Source: the human T2T-CHM13v2.0 reference genome, Homo sapiens. Taken from it: a stretch of DNA of 64,000 bases. Made by a program: the position numbers and the translations under genes. The DNA is taken from assembly GCF_009914755.1 (NCBI RefSeq), contig NC_060927.1. One strand, given 5' to 3'. The first letter of the stretch is position 1, and every line of letters starts with the position of its first letter. Positions 43,345 through 55,639 of this stretch are shown here, one piece after another. A model generated the notes under the pieces. The model was not told where the DNA came from, ran no database searches, and saw nothing but the letters and a program-made list of their open reading frames with translations.

Positions 43345-43483
43345 TGGCTGCTGTTCTAACCTCCTCCTTATTGATAACCTTGGTTCACCTGGCTGCTATT
43401 CTAACCTCCTCCTTATTGATAACCTTGGTTCACCTGGCTGCTATTCTAACGTCCTCCTTACTGATAACCTTGGTTCACCTGGC
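43345..43483. repeat. 45-bp minisatellite, 3 copies
   Basis: tggctgctRttctaacctcctccttattgataaccttggttcacc at 43345, 43390, 43435. Confidence 0.95.
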
Positions 43484-44042
43484 ATCTACGGCCATTTGGC
43501 AGCTCTCTGCTGTCCCCTCCTGGCAATTTGTGGCACGATGTCATATCGCTCAAGGAACTCAGCCAGCTGTCTTAACTCTAGTTAAATCCTGTGGATTTGT
43601 TATTTCAGGTGACAAATGGTTGCTTATTATCACATGAGAGGAGATGTTTTAAGTTTAACTACTGTTTCTTTAGCACCCACTTGCCTATCCCACATTCAGC
43701 GACTCACAAGCAGCTAGCCCTGCCTTTATTAGATACTAGTAGATCTAAAAGTTTCTCCTAAAAAGCCAGCTATCTATACCAGACTGATATATACATATCC
43801 ATGTATATAATAAAAGGAAATGGGAAATGTAACTCTAAGTGAGGCACTGAAAGTCATTATACTACTCTCTTTTTCTGATTCCTAATCCATATAATAACAA
43901 AGGTTAGGTCTGATGGTATACAATGATAATTCTCAAAGATTAGTTTATATGAGAGTTGTCTGATAAGCATGTTATAAGTTAAAATTCCTAGGTGTTACCC
44001 CTAGAAACTAATTTTCCAGGTGGGACCCAGAGTTCTACATGT

Positions 44043-44341
44043 TTTTTTATGTGGGGATGGGGGAAAGAGTCACACTATGTGGCCCAGGCTGGAGTGCAAT
44101 GACACAATCTGAGTGCACTGCAACCTCTGTTTCCCAGGTTCAAGCGATTCTCCTGCCTCAGCCTCACTGAGTAGCTGGGATTCCAGAAACGCATCATCAT
44201 GCTTGGCTAATTTTTGCATTTTTATTAGAGATGAGGGTTCACCACGTTGGCCAGGCTGGTCTTGAACTCCTGACCTCGTGATCCACCCACCTCAGCCTCC
44301 CAAAGTGCTGGGATTACAGGCGTGAGCCACCGCACCCGACC
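44043..44341 (-). mobile_element. AluS-type element inside a MER5 remnant
   Basis: Reverse-complemented dimer ending gagccaccgcacccgacc; tctacat...tttt on both flanks; degenerate tail. Confidence 0.9.
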
Positions 44342-44961
44342 AAGATCTACATTTTTAACCAGCACCAGGTAATTCTAATGCAAGTGGTCCATAATAAACA
44401 TTAGTCTACCAGCCATCTTCTGTTCTATTATTCTATTTCTTGATTCAGCCAAAACTACACACTCTGAGGTTTAGCAATGGAGTAACAGCCTAACAAGGAC
44501 CTGGGGTAAAAACAAGCTTCTATAAATAAGCATATTTTATAAGCACAATAATTATGAAAGATTCTCTACCTGCTGTGCAATGATTGCAGTGCCCAAAATA
44601 TGCCTAACACTATCATCTGATGTAAGAGAGAGTGTTGTAATAACTCTCTCCTCCATAATTTATCACACTAGAACTTGCCACACACAGAGATGAGAGAAAT
44701 AACTGAGTCAGCAAATATTTTAGCTCTCAGCAGACAAGTAACTGCTGTTTAGAATACACTGTGGTGTCCTTTGTTAGACCCAGAGACATGAAATTGGGGA
44801 GGTTCATGGTTTTCTTAATTGTTATTTGCTTAGCCAAATGACTTATCAGACTAGGCCTCCTAATATTGTTGGAGTAAAGACCAAAAAAGAAGATATTTCA
44901 GCCAGCTTCACAGCAGCTGAAAATGTAGTTTCACTGCATTTCAAATATAGTGCTTGGTTAG

Positions 44962-45123
44962 CAATATTTCTCAAACTTTAAGGTGTATTTGGATCAATAG
45001 GGCTCTTGTTAAAATACAAATTCTGATTCGGCAAGTCTAGGGTGGAGGTTGAGACTGCAATTTCAACAAGTTCCTGGGTGACCCTAGGGCTGCTAGTCCA
45101 CAGAACATATTTAGAGTAGCAAA
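44962..45123. mobile_element. MER5A MITE
   Basis: tttctcaaacttta...cttgttaaaatacaaattctgattc...gtctagggtgg...aacaagttcc...gagtagcaa. Confidence 0.7.
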
Positions 45124-45494
45124 GCTTTCTTTAGGTTTCTGCTGTAAAGGCAGGCTGCTTACCTTGTAATCCTGATGTTACCACTTATTGACCATCCAAT
45201 CTGGGGCAAGTTGTACCTTGAGCCTTAGGTTTTTTTAATGTGTAAAACAGTATATCCTTCAAAGGGTTATTGTGAAATTTAAAGAAGGAATGGCTGTAAA
45301 ACTCCTAGCAAGTGAAAAACTTCTCATAAATGTTTATCCTTTTTGCTATATGACCACACAACTTCATGTGACACCAGTAGCAGATTATGATCACTGTTTT
45401 CCAATATTATTCCCATCCTCCTTCCTGGATCGTCTTCCACCTTTTGTCTACAGTCTTCACAGCCCCGAACTATCTTCTCTTATTGGCACAATAG

Positions 45495-45740
45495 GAGAAA
45501 GAGAAGGCAATGTGATGAAAGCAGAAAGAGAGATTTGAAAATACTATGCTGCGGGCTTTAAAGATGGAGGAAGGGGCCACGAGCTAAGAAATTAAGCTCT
45601 AGAAGCTGGAAAAGACAAAAAGAATTCTCCCCCAGAGTCTCCAGAGAGAGTGTGGTCTTGCCAACACCTTGCCTTTAGCCTAGTGGAAATGACATGAGGT
45701 TTTTGGACTCCAGAATTATGAGAGAAAAATACAGGTTATT
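45495..45740 (+). mobile_element. MLT1C/D LTR fragment
   Basis: aagatggaggaaggggccacgagc...tctagaagctggaaaag...attctcccccagagtctccag...gccaacacctt...ctccagaa. Confidence 0.75.
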
Positions 45741-46424
45741 ATTTAACTTTGACTCGTCACTATATTTTTTCTATTTTTCTATTTCCGGGCCCCACCTAGA
45801 CTGCCCTTTTTTATTCACCCCACTAAAATACAAATTCCATAAGGACAATGGCCCTATGTTATTACCTGCTCTATCTTAGTGGCTAGAACAGCACCTGGCA
45901 CATAGCAGGTGCTCAATAGGAAGTTGTTGAATGAATAGATTAGAGCCACCTTCTCATCAACCCCTGACTTCAAGAGTCTGAGTCCAATTCTTTAAGCTCA
46001 GCATTATTCTTGTTGACCCAAAACTCTACACTAGAGATGCAGCTGGATTCCGAGAGTGATTACAAGATCAGTGAATACTGGCGAAACCATTTCTGATTTG
46101 CCACTAGCAAAACAACATGAAGGAAAAGTGATCTCTTGCTCTTAAAAGCAGCAAATCGTTATTGGAAATGAGGAAGAAATGAATAGTTATTGATCATAGA
46201 TGAGGAAACTAAATCTAAGAGAGCACAGAATAAGGATTCTTCTATTCTTCTTCAGGTTTGCAGTTTTTACTATCTAAACGGTTCCTCTCACATGTACTCC
46301 CTGAACTACCAACAACACATCACCAAGGAAGGTGTGGAAATACAAATTCTCCAGCCCTGCCAAGACCTACTAACCAGAAACTCTGGGGGTGAGGCTAAGA
46401 ATCGGTGTTTTAATAAGCCCTCCA

Positions 46425-46608
46425 AGCCAGACGTGGTGGCTCACACCTGTAATCCCAGCACTTTGGGAGGCCAAGGCTGGAAGATTGCTTGAGGCCAGGA
46501 GTTTGAGACCAGCCTGGCCAACATAGCGAAACCCCATCTCTACAAAAAAAAAAAAAAAAAAAAAAATTAGCCAGACGTGGTGTTGTGATCCTGTGGTCCC
46601 AGCTACTT
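46425..46608 (+). mobile_element. 3'-truncated Alu (left arm, expanded A linker, start of right arm)
   Basis: gccagacgtggtggctcacacctgtaatccc...tctctac, long A run, ttagccag...cccagctact then abrupt end. Confidence 0.85.
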
Positions 46609-46805
46609 GACCACATAATACCGAACAGATACCTTAAGGCCTGAACAGGCTACCAGAGCTAAGAGAGATCACAAACCGCAGGAACACTCTGAGAGGAAAA
46701 AGGCAAGAGATATTATCTTGTGAGGGGAGAGAATACTTTTATATTTATTAGTTTATGAAGGGAAATAGAGGTGAAAAGTGAAAGCTTGGCAACAGAAGAG
46801 ATAGA

Positions 46806-47148
46806 TGTTATGGTTGAATGTTTGTGTTCCCCCAATTTCATATATTAAAATCTAATCCCCTGAGTGGTGGTATTAAGAGGTAGGGCCTTTGGGAGGTGAC
46901 TGGGTCTTTAGGGTAGAGCCCTAATCAGTAGGATTAATGCCATTATGAAAGAGGCGTGGGGGAACTTGTTTGCCCCTTCCACCTGTGAGGACTCAGATAG
47001 AAGACACCATCTAGAAGAAAGGGCCATCACCAAATCTGCTGGCGCCTTGATCTTAAACTTCCCAGCCTTCAGAACTCTGAGCAATAATTTTCCATTGTTT
47101 ATAAGTTTGTAAGGTATTTTATTATAACATCCCAAAGAGACTAAGACA
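46806..47148 (+). mobile_element. MST/MLT1A-type solo LTR
   Basis: TG...CA ends (tgttatggttgaatg...gactaagaca); flanks ataga/atata fit a 5-bp TSD with one mismatch. Confidence 0.85.
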
Positions 47149-47382
47149 ATATACTTTAGAACAGAAAAGGAAATATAAAATTTAAGGAAACATAGTATCT
47201 AAGAGTGACACAAAATTTGGGATTTTCATTAAAATACTCCTGCAAAATAAAGGTAGTAGAGAGAATATATCAAATAAGATAAACAAAATGTTGGCAAATG
47301 TTCAAGCAGGGTAATAAACATTTATTACAATTCTTTCCACATTTGCGTGCATTTGAAATTTTTTCATAATAAAAAGTTTTGT

Positions 47383-47665
47383 GGCCAGGCGTAGTGGCTC
47401 ACGCCTATAATTCCAGCACTTTGGGAGGCCAAGGTGGGCAGATCACTTGAGGTCAGGAGTTTGAGAACACCCTGGCCAACATGGTGAAACCCCATCTCTA
47501 CTATAAATACAAAAATCAGCTGGGCATGGTGGTGTGCACCTGTAGTCCCAGCTACTCTGGAGGCTGAGGCAGAAGAATCACTTGAACCAGGGAGGTGGAG
47601 GCTTCAGTGAACCAAGATCACACCACTGAACTCCAGCCTTGGCAATAAAGTGAGACCCTGTCTCA
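47383..47665 (+). mobile_element. AluS-type element
   Basis: ggccaggcgtagtggctcacgcc...gatcacttgaggtcaggag...gtgagaccctgtctca; followed by AT-rich sequence. Confidence 0.92.
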
Positions 47666-47846
47666 CTTTCTATAATAAATATATATATACATAAAATATA
47701 TAAAAATATGTCATATATTTATATATTTTAACTAATTATATATAATTATTTTATATATAACATATTTGCCACTAATAAAACAACACGAAGGAAAAGTGAC
47801 CTCCTCAGGCATATTTACATAATATCTATTGTACAGAAAATGTATA

Positions 47847-48353
47847 TATAATACAGATATAATATATACCTGGTATATATTATATAATACAGATATAATA
47901 TATACCTGGTATATATTATATAATACAGATATAATATATACCTTGTATATATTATATAATACAGATATAATATATAACTTGTATATATTATATAATACAG
48001 ATATAATATATACCTTGTATATATTATATAATACAGATATAATATATATACCTTGTATATATTATATAATACAGATATAATATATACCTTGTATATATTA
48101 TATAATACAGATATAATATATACCTTGTATATATTATATAATACAGATATAATATATACCTTGTATATATTATATAATACAGATATAATATATACCTTGT
48201 ATATATTATATAATACAGATATAATATATACCTTGTATATATTATATAATACAGATATAATATATACCTTGTATATACTATATAATACAGATATAATATA
48301 TACATTGTACATATTATATAATACAGATATAATATATACATTGTATATATTAT
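47847..48353. repeat. AT-rich 36-bp VNTR, about 14 copies
   Basis: Unit tataatacagatataatatataccttgtatatatta; explains the 12-aa periodic ORFs. Confidence 0.95.
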
Positions 48354-48403
48354 ATGTAGTATATATTATGTATAACATAATACATATATTATAATACATA
48401 ATA

Positions 48404-48595
48404 CATATATACATTTTATATATTGTACAGAAAATGTATATATAATACATATATAATATACACTTTGTATATATTATATATTATGTATGTATTACATATA
48501 TGTATAATATATACATTGTATATATTATATATTATGTATATATTATATATGTATTATATATACATTTTCTGTACAATATATAAAATGTATATATG
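48404..48595. repeat. AT-rich inverted repeat, 57-bp arms, 78-bp spacer
   Basis: 48404-48460 is the exact reverse complement of 48539-48595 by manual comparison. Confidence 0.85.
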
Positions 48596-48884
48596 AAATA
48601 CATATACATATATAAAATATATACATATATAAAATGACTACATACAGTATAGTCATAGTGCTTAAATGAGAGGTAAGAAAGAACATATGAATACTTCGTC
48701 CTGCTAAGGGCATTTGTTGAAACAAGGAAGAGGCTATATGTTCCAAGAACTTATAATGCAACTATCCTATGGTCTTACCATATTATTAATAACTGCAGTT
48801 TGTATCACCTATAGGTTCCAGGATGCTAACAAGATAACCCATTGTCTCCAGAAAAGAAAAATCCCCATAATCTCACATTTAGCA

Positions 48885-48996
48885 TTGCCATGTAATATTT
48901 AAGTGGGATATACTTATATTTTTAAAGTATTCATTTTCCAAAATTTAAATTTAATTGGGTGTTCTGTATTTTTGTTTGCTAAATCTGGCACCCCTA
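48885..48996. mobile_element. MER53 right half
   Basis: tgggatatacttata...aaatttaattgggtgttctgtatttttgtttgctaaatctggcaccccta. Confidence 0.7.
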
Positions 48997-49829
48997 CCTA
49001 TATTCTATTATCCAACCAAAATTTGACATCATGGTCACAGGTTAATCCAAGTATATTTTCTGACTCAATTCATGTTGCTTCCTAGCTTCTCTCTCTCTCT
49101 CCTCTTCCTTCCCAATATATTTTCACTTTCCTTTTCTTTCCTGGTGTCTGTATCTTGTTAATTTCCTCCATACTAAATCTACTTAACTCACACAAATCAA
49201 TGGAATATTTTCTCAAAATGATACCAGTTGGTAACAAACCTAGATTCAACACAAATAAGTAAAGTTGACAGCTCACTGATGTTGGCATTTTCTGAATAAC
49301 TGCATATCTTTCCAGTACCAGAAACCCAAAAGTCAAGAATTTAGAAAGATTGAGGAAGAAAAGTAAATGAACAGAAAAGAGAGACCCAGTCCAGCCCTAA
49401 ATCTTCTCACCTCTTGTCAGAGAGAGAAATATTTTTAGTTTAGCTGTTTACACCTTGAGAAGGGAATCTAGATAGTCATTTTTTAAAAAACAATTTTTAT
49501 TTTGTAAAAGGGACATTAAAAAGAAGTCAGGAGAATCAAGAGTAAGAGATATTAATGTACAGAGCCCTTTTGCTAACATTTTATGAAAACAAAAGATTTC
49601 ACAAGTGTTCTTAATTAGTCCTCAACCTCTGTAGGTGGTGGGTGGCATAACTTATTATCAGAGATTTACAAAGAGAGGAACATGCTCAGCAGGGTGAAGG
49701 GACTAAATGGAATTCTGATATTAAGGTTTAGAGTGTAGGAAAACTGAGCTTTGGTGCTAAGCATAGGACTCGGGCCTTATTGGACCTCTGTAATTACTGG
49801 AGCAGCTTGGTGTCAGGATGCATCAGCTG

Positions 49830-50290
49830 GGGATCTTTTGTTTGCAAGTCACGGAAACCATGAAAAACAAGGAATTTACTGGGTCTCACAATTGAAAAGT
49901 CCAGGAGTGACTTGCTCTAGGGGCTGAAACCATGTCACCAGGTCTTGGGTATTTTTCTCTCTGTCTCTCATCTGTAACATCCTCTGCACTGGCAGCTCTA
50001 CCTACAGAACAGACTGCCTTTATGGTTTTCAGTTGATTACAAAAGCTCCAGCTTTGCATGCTTTCAAGTTCAAGGCCTGCAGGAAGTAAACAGACAAAAG
50101 AAAAGATCCCTTTCCCAAAAAAATCAGGTAAAGCCTCTTTGAGAAGCATTGGCTGCGCTTGAATTGTCACTCTGTTTCCTAATCAATTACTGAAGAAAGA
50201 GAAATGCAGTTGTCTGATTGGCTTAGCGCCCTGATCCAAGTATGAACCATCCCAAAGCATATGGCCTGAAACAGGGTAAACTCAAGTGAC
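49830..50290 (-). mobile_element. Old MLT1 (K-like) LTR
   Basis: tttgcaagtcacggaaacc...ggaatttactgg...aattgaaaagtccagg...tctgattggcttag. Confidence 0.55.
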
Positions 50291-50679
50291 TCCTCAAACT
50301 CCTCTAGTGCACTTGCTTTGTAATCAAACTTTTGGGTTTTGAGAAGTGGCACAACCAACTGGAATTTCTTAGAGCACCAGAGTTCTAAGCTTCCTTCTAG
50401 CCTTTTCTTAGGTAGATCAACCTACCTCCTATATATGAGGAGAAAAATACTCTTTGGACTCCCTTCAGAAGAGTGAGTACCTGTGATATCAGTTCCCAGT
50501 CCTCAGAAAAATACTCAGAAATGAGCCAGCGTAAGAAGGCTAAAGGAAAGACTGGTGATATCAAGAAATAACACATCCAAAGTATACCATGAGCATTCTT
50601 CAAACCCAGGCTGCAATGTACTGCTGGGAGCCCTGACTGAGGACTCAGTTTCCTCTCTGCAATTCTGCTCTATAATGAC

Positions 50680-51240
50680 TAGTTACACCAATGTGTGAAT
50701 CCAATGATTGTATAGAAAATACAATTTTTTTAATCCATCCATGATCTGTGTCCCTCTTCTTCTGATTAAAAAAAAAATCCAACCTTTCCTTAGATAACTA
50801 CCAACTCCCAATCTTAGTGGTTTGAATGAGGTAGGACCAACTCTCCTAGTCCAGAAATATGCAAAGACTGAAGGTCCAGCTAAATAGAGAATTTCATGGT
50901 CAATGCTACAATGACTGGTTCAGAAATAGGCCAGTGAGACTTCATCACAGGACTTTTGCTGGAACTATCCAGAAGAAAAACTTCCTTTTGTCCTAGGATT
51001 GCCAAGAGGACAGTGAGTAAACTTGACCAACTTGCCACCACATGTAGGGAATCTTCCTGAAAACAATCTTAACATAGAGAAAACAGATCCAAGAGGAGAG
51101 AAACAGATTCCTGATAACATGACTTGGGATAGATGGATCCAGCCATGTTTAAAGCCAATACAAAGCCTAGGTTTGTCAGTTAAGTTACTTTTTTTCTAAA
51201 ACCAGTTTGAGTTGGGTTTCTCTCATGTGCAACGGAAAAA
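50680..51240 (+). mobile_element. Old MLT1 (J/K-like) LTR
   Basis: tgactggttcag...ggccagtgagact...ggacttttgctggaac...ggatccagccatg...ccagtttgagttgggtttct. Confidence 0.6.
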
Positions 51241-51364
51241 GACACAACCAGGGCCACTGTTAGCCTATTCACACCTACAAAAGAATTAGAAGAAGAAAAA
51301 AAAAGTCCTAGTCGGGTACAGCCCTGTGGGTTTAAGGCTCAGCAAATTGATGGAACATTTGTGC

Positions 51365-51961
51365 TATCAACCTGAAATAATCAAAAGGATCAGAATCCAT
51401 TTTTAAAGAGTCTATTCAAGTGAAAAGCTGGTAATGGTCATCTGGTAAACACAGACTCTGGAGAAATGAGGTCAGTGCTCTGCAGTTAAAAGTTAGGGTT
51501 TTGCTTACATAGGAACAAAACAAAGAAATTTAACAGGGTTACATTTCTTATATGAGGCTGGTTTATGAGTTGCAACCATTGAATTAGTGACAGTTTGTTT
51601 TCTTTTCCATACAGCTTGTTTGTATTTCCTTTTCAATAAAATAAAAAAGTATACTTAACATTTTGTCTTAGACAATGTGATAACCATGAAGTATTTGTAT
51701 GAGAGGTAAGAGGAAAGCTAATCTGTAATGAAGATCAACAGTTAGAGGGAAGGGGGTCTGCCCTGGTGCCCTGTAGCTAGTCACAACATTTCACAAAACA
51801 AGATAGTTAAGGAAGAAGGCTAATCTATAATCGGAGAAACAAAGGTTAAAGCTGCCTGGGTTACAGCTGCCTATCATGTGACTCAGGCCCCATAATCACA
51901 TTTCTCTAAGACTCAAAATAATTTAAAGTTCCAACAGTTTCGATTTTTATTTATTTTCACA
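51365..51961 (-). mobile_element. ERV1 MER4-group solo LTR (MER34/MER39/LTR48-like)
   Basis: Minus strand begins TGTGAAAATAAAT...CTGTTGGAACTTTAAATTATTTTGAG...GCCTGAGTCACATG...GGCAGCTGTAACC; flanks gtgc/gtcc. Confidence 0.7.
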
Positions 51962-52501
51962 GTCCTCATTAGAAAAACTTCCCTTTCCTCTAGGCACATG
52001 CAACCCCAACCAGGGAGTTCTGTGGCTTACAGAGTGGGAGCTGGATTTTAGCCACTACTGACCCTCAGCTGGACAGCTTTGTGTAATGCTCTAACTGGAT
52101 ACATTTATGTGGCAGCTGGAGACTTGTTAGCATACAAAAAACTCAAACTTATTAACTCAAATTATTATCTTATTGACAAAGGCATTTGTTGTTAGGACAT
52201 GTCACATTCACCAAGTTAAAAACAGGCAATAAGGGAATGACCAAATGTACCTGTTGTCAATCCCTACAGTAAGTACTCAATAAATGGCTGAATTTTATAA
52301 TTAATATAAGTTCCTTTCAATATCAATTCAACATAGATTAAGTACTGAAAAAGATTAAAAGGGCTATTTGTCTGGTGTAGAGTACAGAATACCTGGACAA
52401 AGACAAAGGTCAGCCTCTAGAATTTGCCAGAAATGGGCCAGCAAAGTGCAGCATCTTAATAACTGAGTGATACTGGCAGGAAGATTTCTCCAAAGACTAA
52501 C

Positions 52502-53034
52502 TATGGTGTTTTGAAAATATGCCTGTAAATTATTTGACACTCATCCCTTCAAAAGGTGGGGACTAATTTCTGTCCCTTTGAGTGTAGACTACCCTTAATG
52601 ACTTGATTCTAACAAATAAATTGTGACAGAAATCATGGTTTATGATTTCAGGGACTACATCCTAAAAAGCATGTCTTACTCTCTCTTCAATCACTCACTG
52701 TAGGGGAAGCTAGATGCCATGTCATGAGGACACTCAAGCAGTCCTATGGGGACATATCGATGGCAAAGAGCTGGGTCTTATTGCCAATAGCCAGCATTAG
52801 CTTTTCAACCACATGAGTGAGCCACCCTGGAGGCAGTACATCCATCCCCAGCCATGTCTTCATCCCTTCGATAGCTTGACTGCAAACTCATGAGAGACCT
52901 CAAGCCACAATCACCTAGCAAAGCTGTTCCTGAATGTCAGATTCTCTGAAACTGTGAGATAATAAGTGTTTATTGCTGCTTTAAGCCAGTAAGTTTGGGG
53001 AGTAATTTTAATGCAGAAATACCTCATTAATATA
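52502..53034 (+). mobile_element. MLT1F-like LTR
   Basis: tttgacactcatcccttcaaaaggtgg...ggggaagctagatgccatgtcatgaggacactcaagcag...gaaactgtgagataataa...ttaagccagtaagtttgggg. Confidence 0.8.
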
Positions 53035-53621
53035 CTGACTAAAGAGCAAGAGTCCAGCTACTAAGAGTAATGCAAGAGCCAGGCAGAACTCCAGCTCCAG
53101 AAGAAATGGGGCACTGAGCTAGGAATGAAGGCAGGAACTCCAGATAGAAATTGGGGCAAAGTCAAGCAAGAACTACACATTTGACTGAGTCCTAGAAGCA
53201 GAGGTTCTTCTATTTCTCCCATGCTGTAGAGCCCAGGGCAGTACTGAGCGTGGAAGTTGGGCTGGTAATGGGCAAATCCTGCTGCAGGAGTTGGAACTCA
53301 GTAGAAATATTGGCCTCCTGGTCCAGCTCCAGAAAGACTGAAGTCCCAGGAGATAAACTGCACCAAAATAAATTGGAGCAAGCACGCAGATACCAAGGAG
53401 CAAGCCAAAATCACATTATATGTCAGAACCAACATCTTAGAATGAAGCTAAAGATGAGCTATCAAAATCAGAGCTGGAGAGCAATGCATAGTTGAGACAA
53501 AACAAATAGTAAGAGCTCAGAATGAAAGCTAGAAGAGGGGGGAATCTGAATTAGGCAGGACTCCAGGAGCTGGCTATGCGAGGAGTGACTGGGTAGGTCT
53601 GGTTAAAGTTTCAAGATAGAT

Positions 53622-53801
53622 CAGCGTTTCTCAAACTTTAATGTGCATCCAGTATCACCTGGAGGGCTTTTAAAAACACATCTTACTGGGCACCACACCC
53701 AGAGTTTCTATTCAGCAGCTCTTGAGCAGAAACTGATCATTAGTATTTCTAACCGGTTCCAAGGTGATGCTGATTCTGCTAATCCACTTTGAGAAGTACT
53801 G
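53622..53801. mobile_element. MER5A MITE
   Basis: cagcgtttctcaaactttaatgtgcat...atcacctggagggctt...cccagagtttct...ggtgatgctgat...cactttgagaagtactg. Confidence 0.8.
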
Positions 53802-54814
53802 AGCTAGATTATAGTAGGATTTGGGTAGAAAGGCTAGGATCATTCAGGGGTATGGGACCAAGTTTGTCACAACAGGAAGAATGTGTAAAGGAGGTATCTT
53901 TGAGCAGAGAACCATTCATGTCCCCTGAATCTAACTAGACATCTGTGTGTCTTGTCCCTACACCCCCCTTAATATTTCTTAGGCCCCACTCTCTGCTACT
54001 CCTTTCACCATTGAAAAAGACGTCACTGTAAAATAAGAATTGTTATCACTTACAAGGCAATTACTATGTGCCATGTACTCTATTGACATGTTATTTAGTA
54101 AAGGGAATATTATTATCCCCAATGTACAAATAAGAAGAATGCAAAGCTCAGTAAAGTTACTTAGCTGACCTCAGATCATTTCAGGGAGCTGGAATAAAAC
54201 TGTAAAGACTTCCTAATTGTGTTACAGTGAAAGAAGTACAGTCCTTTGTAAGCAAAAGTCCAATTTGCCCCAGAATAAAACAATCCATAAGGTAGCAAAG
54301 TACCACATACTGAGCTTTAGTAGTCATTTATTTTCAAAGAGAGATGAGACAGAGATAGTAACTTGTTTAATGAAAGTTTGGATGCAATTCATTTTCTTTT
54401 AAAGTAGAATATTATCGAGAATCCTTTGATTTTTCTCTAAGGACCCATTCTACACCGCAATCTTCAAAAAACATTAAATAGAAGTCAGGGGAAATTTCCA
54501 TATGGAGTATTTCTTTTCCATCATGTGTACAAATGATCCATCTGTGGCTTATTAATTTGTAATTCTGACCCATGGGACAAAGCTCAACTAGCTCTGTTTA
54601 GTGCTGGATCAATTACAGTTGGATAAAAAAGTTGGAAACAGTGGAAATATCCAATATGTTAATTTCATAAATTTTGTTAATTCATGATAAATATCATGTA
54701 GCATTCAAACCATATAGTTTAGAAAATTTTCAGAATATCTAATGTCATGAATAGGATATACTATTACATTTTAAAAGTCAGTTTATAACTCTTTTAAAAA
54801 AAAGTATGTCTTTT

Positions 54815-55119
54815 GGCCCAGCATGGTAGCTCACACTTGTAATCTCAGCACTTTGGGAGGCCAAGGCAGGAAGATCACTTGAGCCCAGGAGTTCAAGACC
54901 AGCCTAGGCAACATGGCAAAACCTCGTCTCTACAAAACATACAAAAATTAGCCGGGTGTGGTGGCACACACCTGTGGTCCCAGCTACTCAGAGGCTGAGA
55001 TGGGTGGATCACCTGAGCCTGGGGAGGTCAAGGCTGCACTATAAGCCATGATCATGCCACTGCACTCCAGCCTGGGTGACAGAGTGAGACTCTGTCTCAA
55101 AAAAAAAAAAAAAAAAAAA
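54815..55119 (+). mobile_element. AluJ-type element, full length with poly-A
   Basis: gatcacttgagcccaggagttcaagaccagcctaggcaacatggc...gaggtcaaggctgca...gagactctgtctc, A tail, then a GAA/GGA tract. Confidence 0.92.
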
Positions 55120-55166
55120 GAAGAAGGAGGAGAAGGAGAAGAAAAATTTTATCTTAGATCTTAGGC

Positions 55167-55639
55167 TGATGTCTTGGTTTGGGTTCCCATAGATCCAAAC
55201 CCCAAGTCAATAATTCAAGTGCAACTTTATTTGGGAGGTGACCCCAGAATATACTGGTAGAGAAAGTAAAATGGAAAGCAACCCATCAAGCTTGCATTAT
55301 TATGCAAATTATACTGTGGGAAACCAGACTTAATTCCACTGAGGAACTCCAGGGCCCATCTAGAAGGTATCACAGCTCAGAGTTATCCCACAAAGGGTGT
55401 AAGGAATCTGGGTATTTAAACAACAATTTCTGTCAGTCATTGTTGGAGGTATGCTCCCACAGGCCATTAATTCTCTGGCACATTCAGCTTGCCATGAATG
55501 AGTGCAGAATAGGCTCTGGCTGCCAGAAAAACCCTTGGGAAAAGAGATGCAGAAACTGGCAGTTGGAATCCCGCCAGCGTGAACTATTGTGGTAAATGCT
55601 AAGAGGAAAATTGGCAGAGCATCCACAGTGTCTGCTACA
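55167..55639 (-). mobile_element. LTR16-type ERVL LTR
   Basis: gtcttggtttgggttccc...ttcaagtgcaa...tttatttgggaggtgacccc...ctcagagttatcccac...cagtgtctgctaca. Confidence 0.65.

Noticed and set aside
43345-43483. CRISPR-like array
   Set aside because: Head-to-tail repeats without unique spacers, in eukaryotic DNA.
43508-43526. CTCF-like CCAGGAGGGGACA on the minus strand
   Set aside because: Two mismatches in the core; much weaker than the 13002 site.
47815-48450. 211-aa Tyr/Ile-rich periodic ORF and its overlapping frames
   Set aside because: Translation artefact of the 36-bp AT-rich VNTR.
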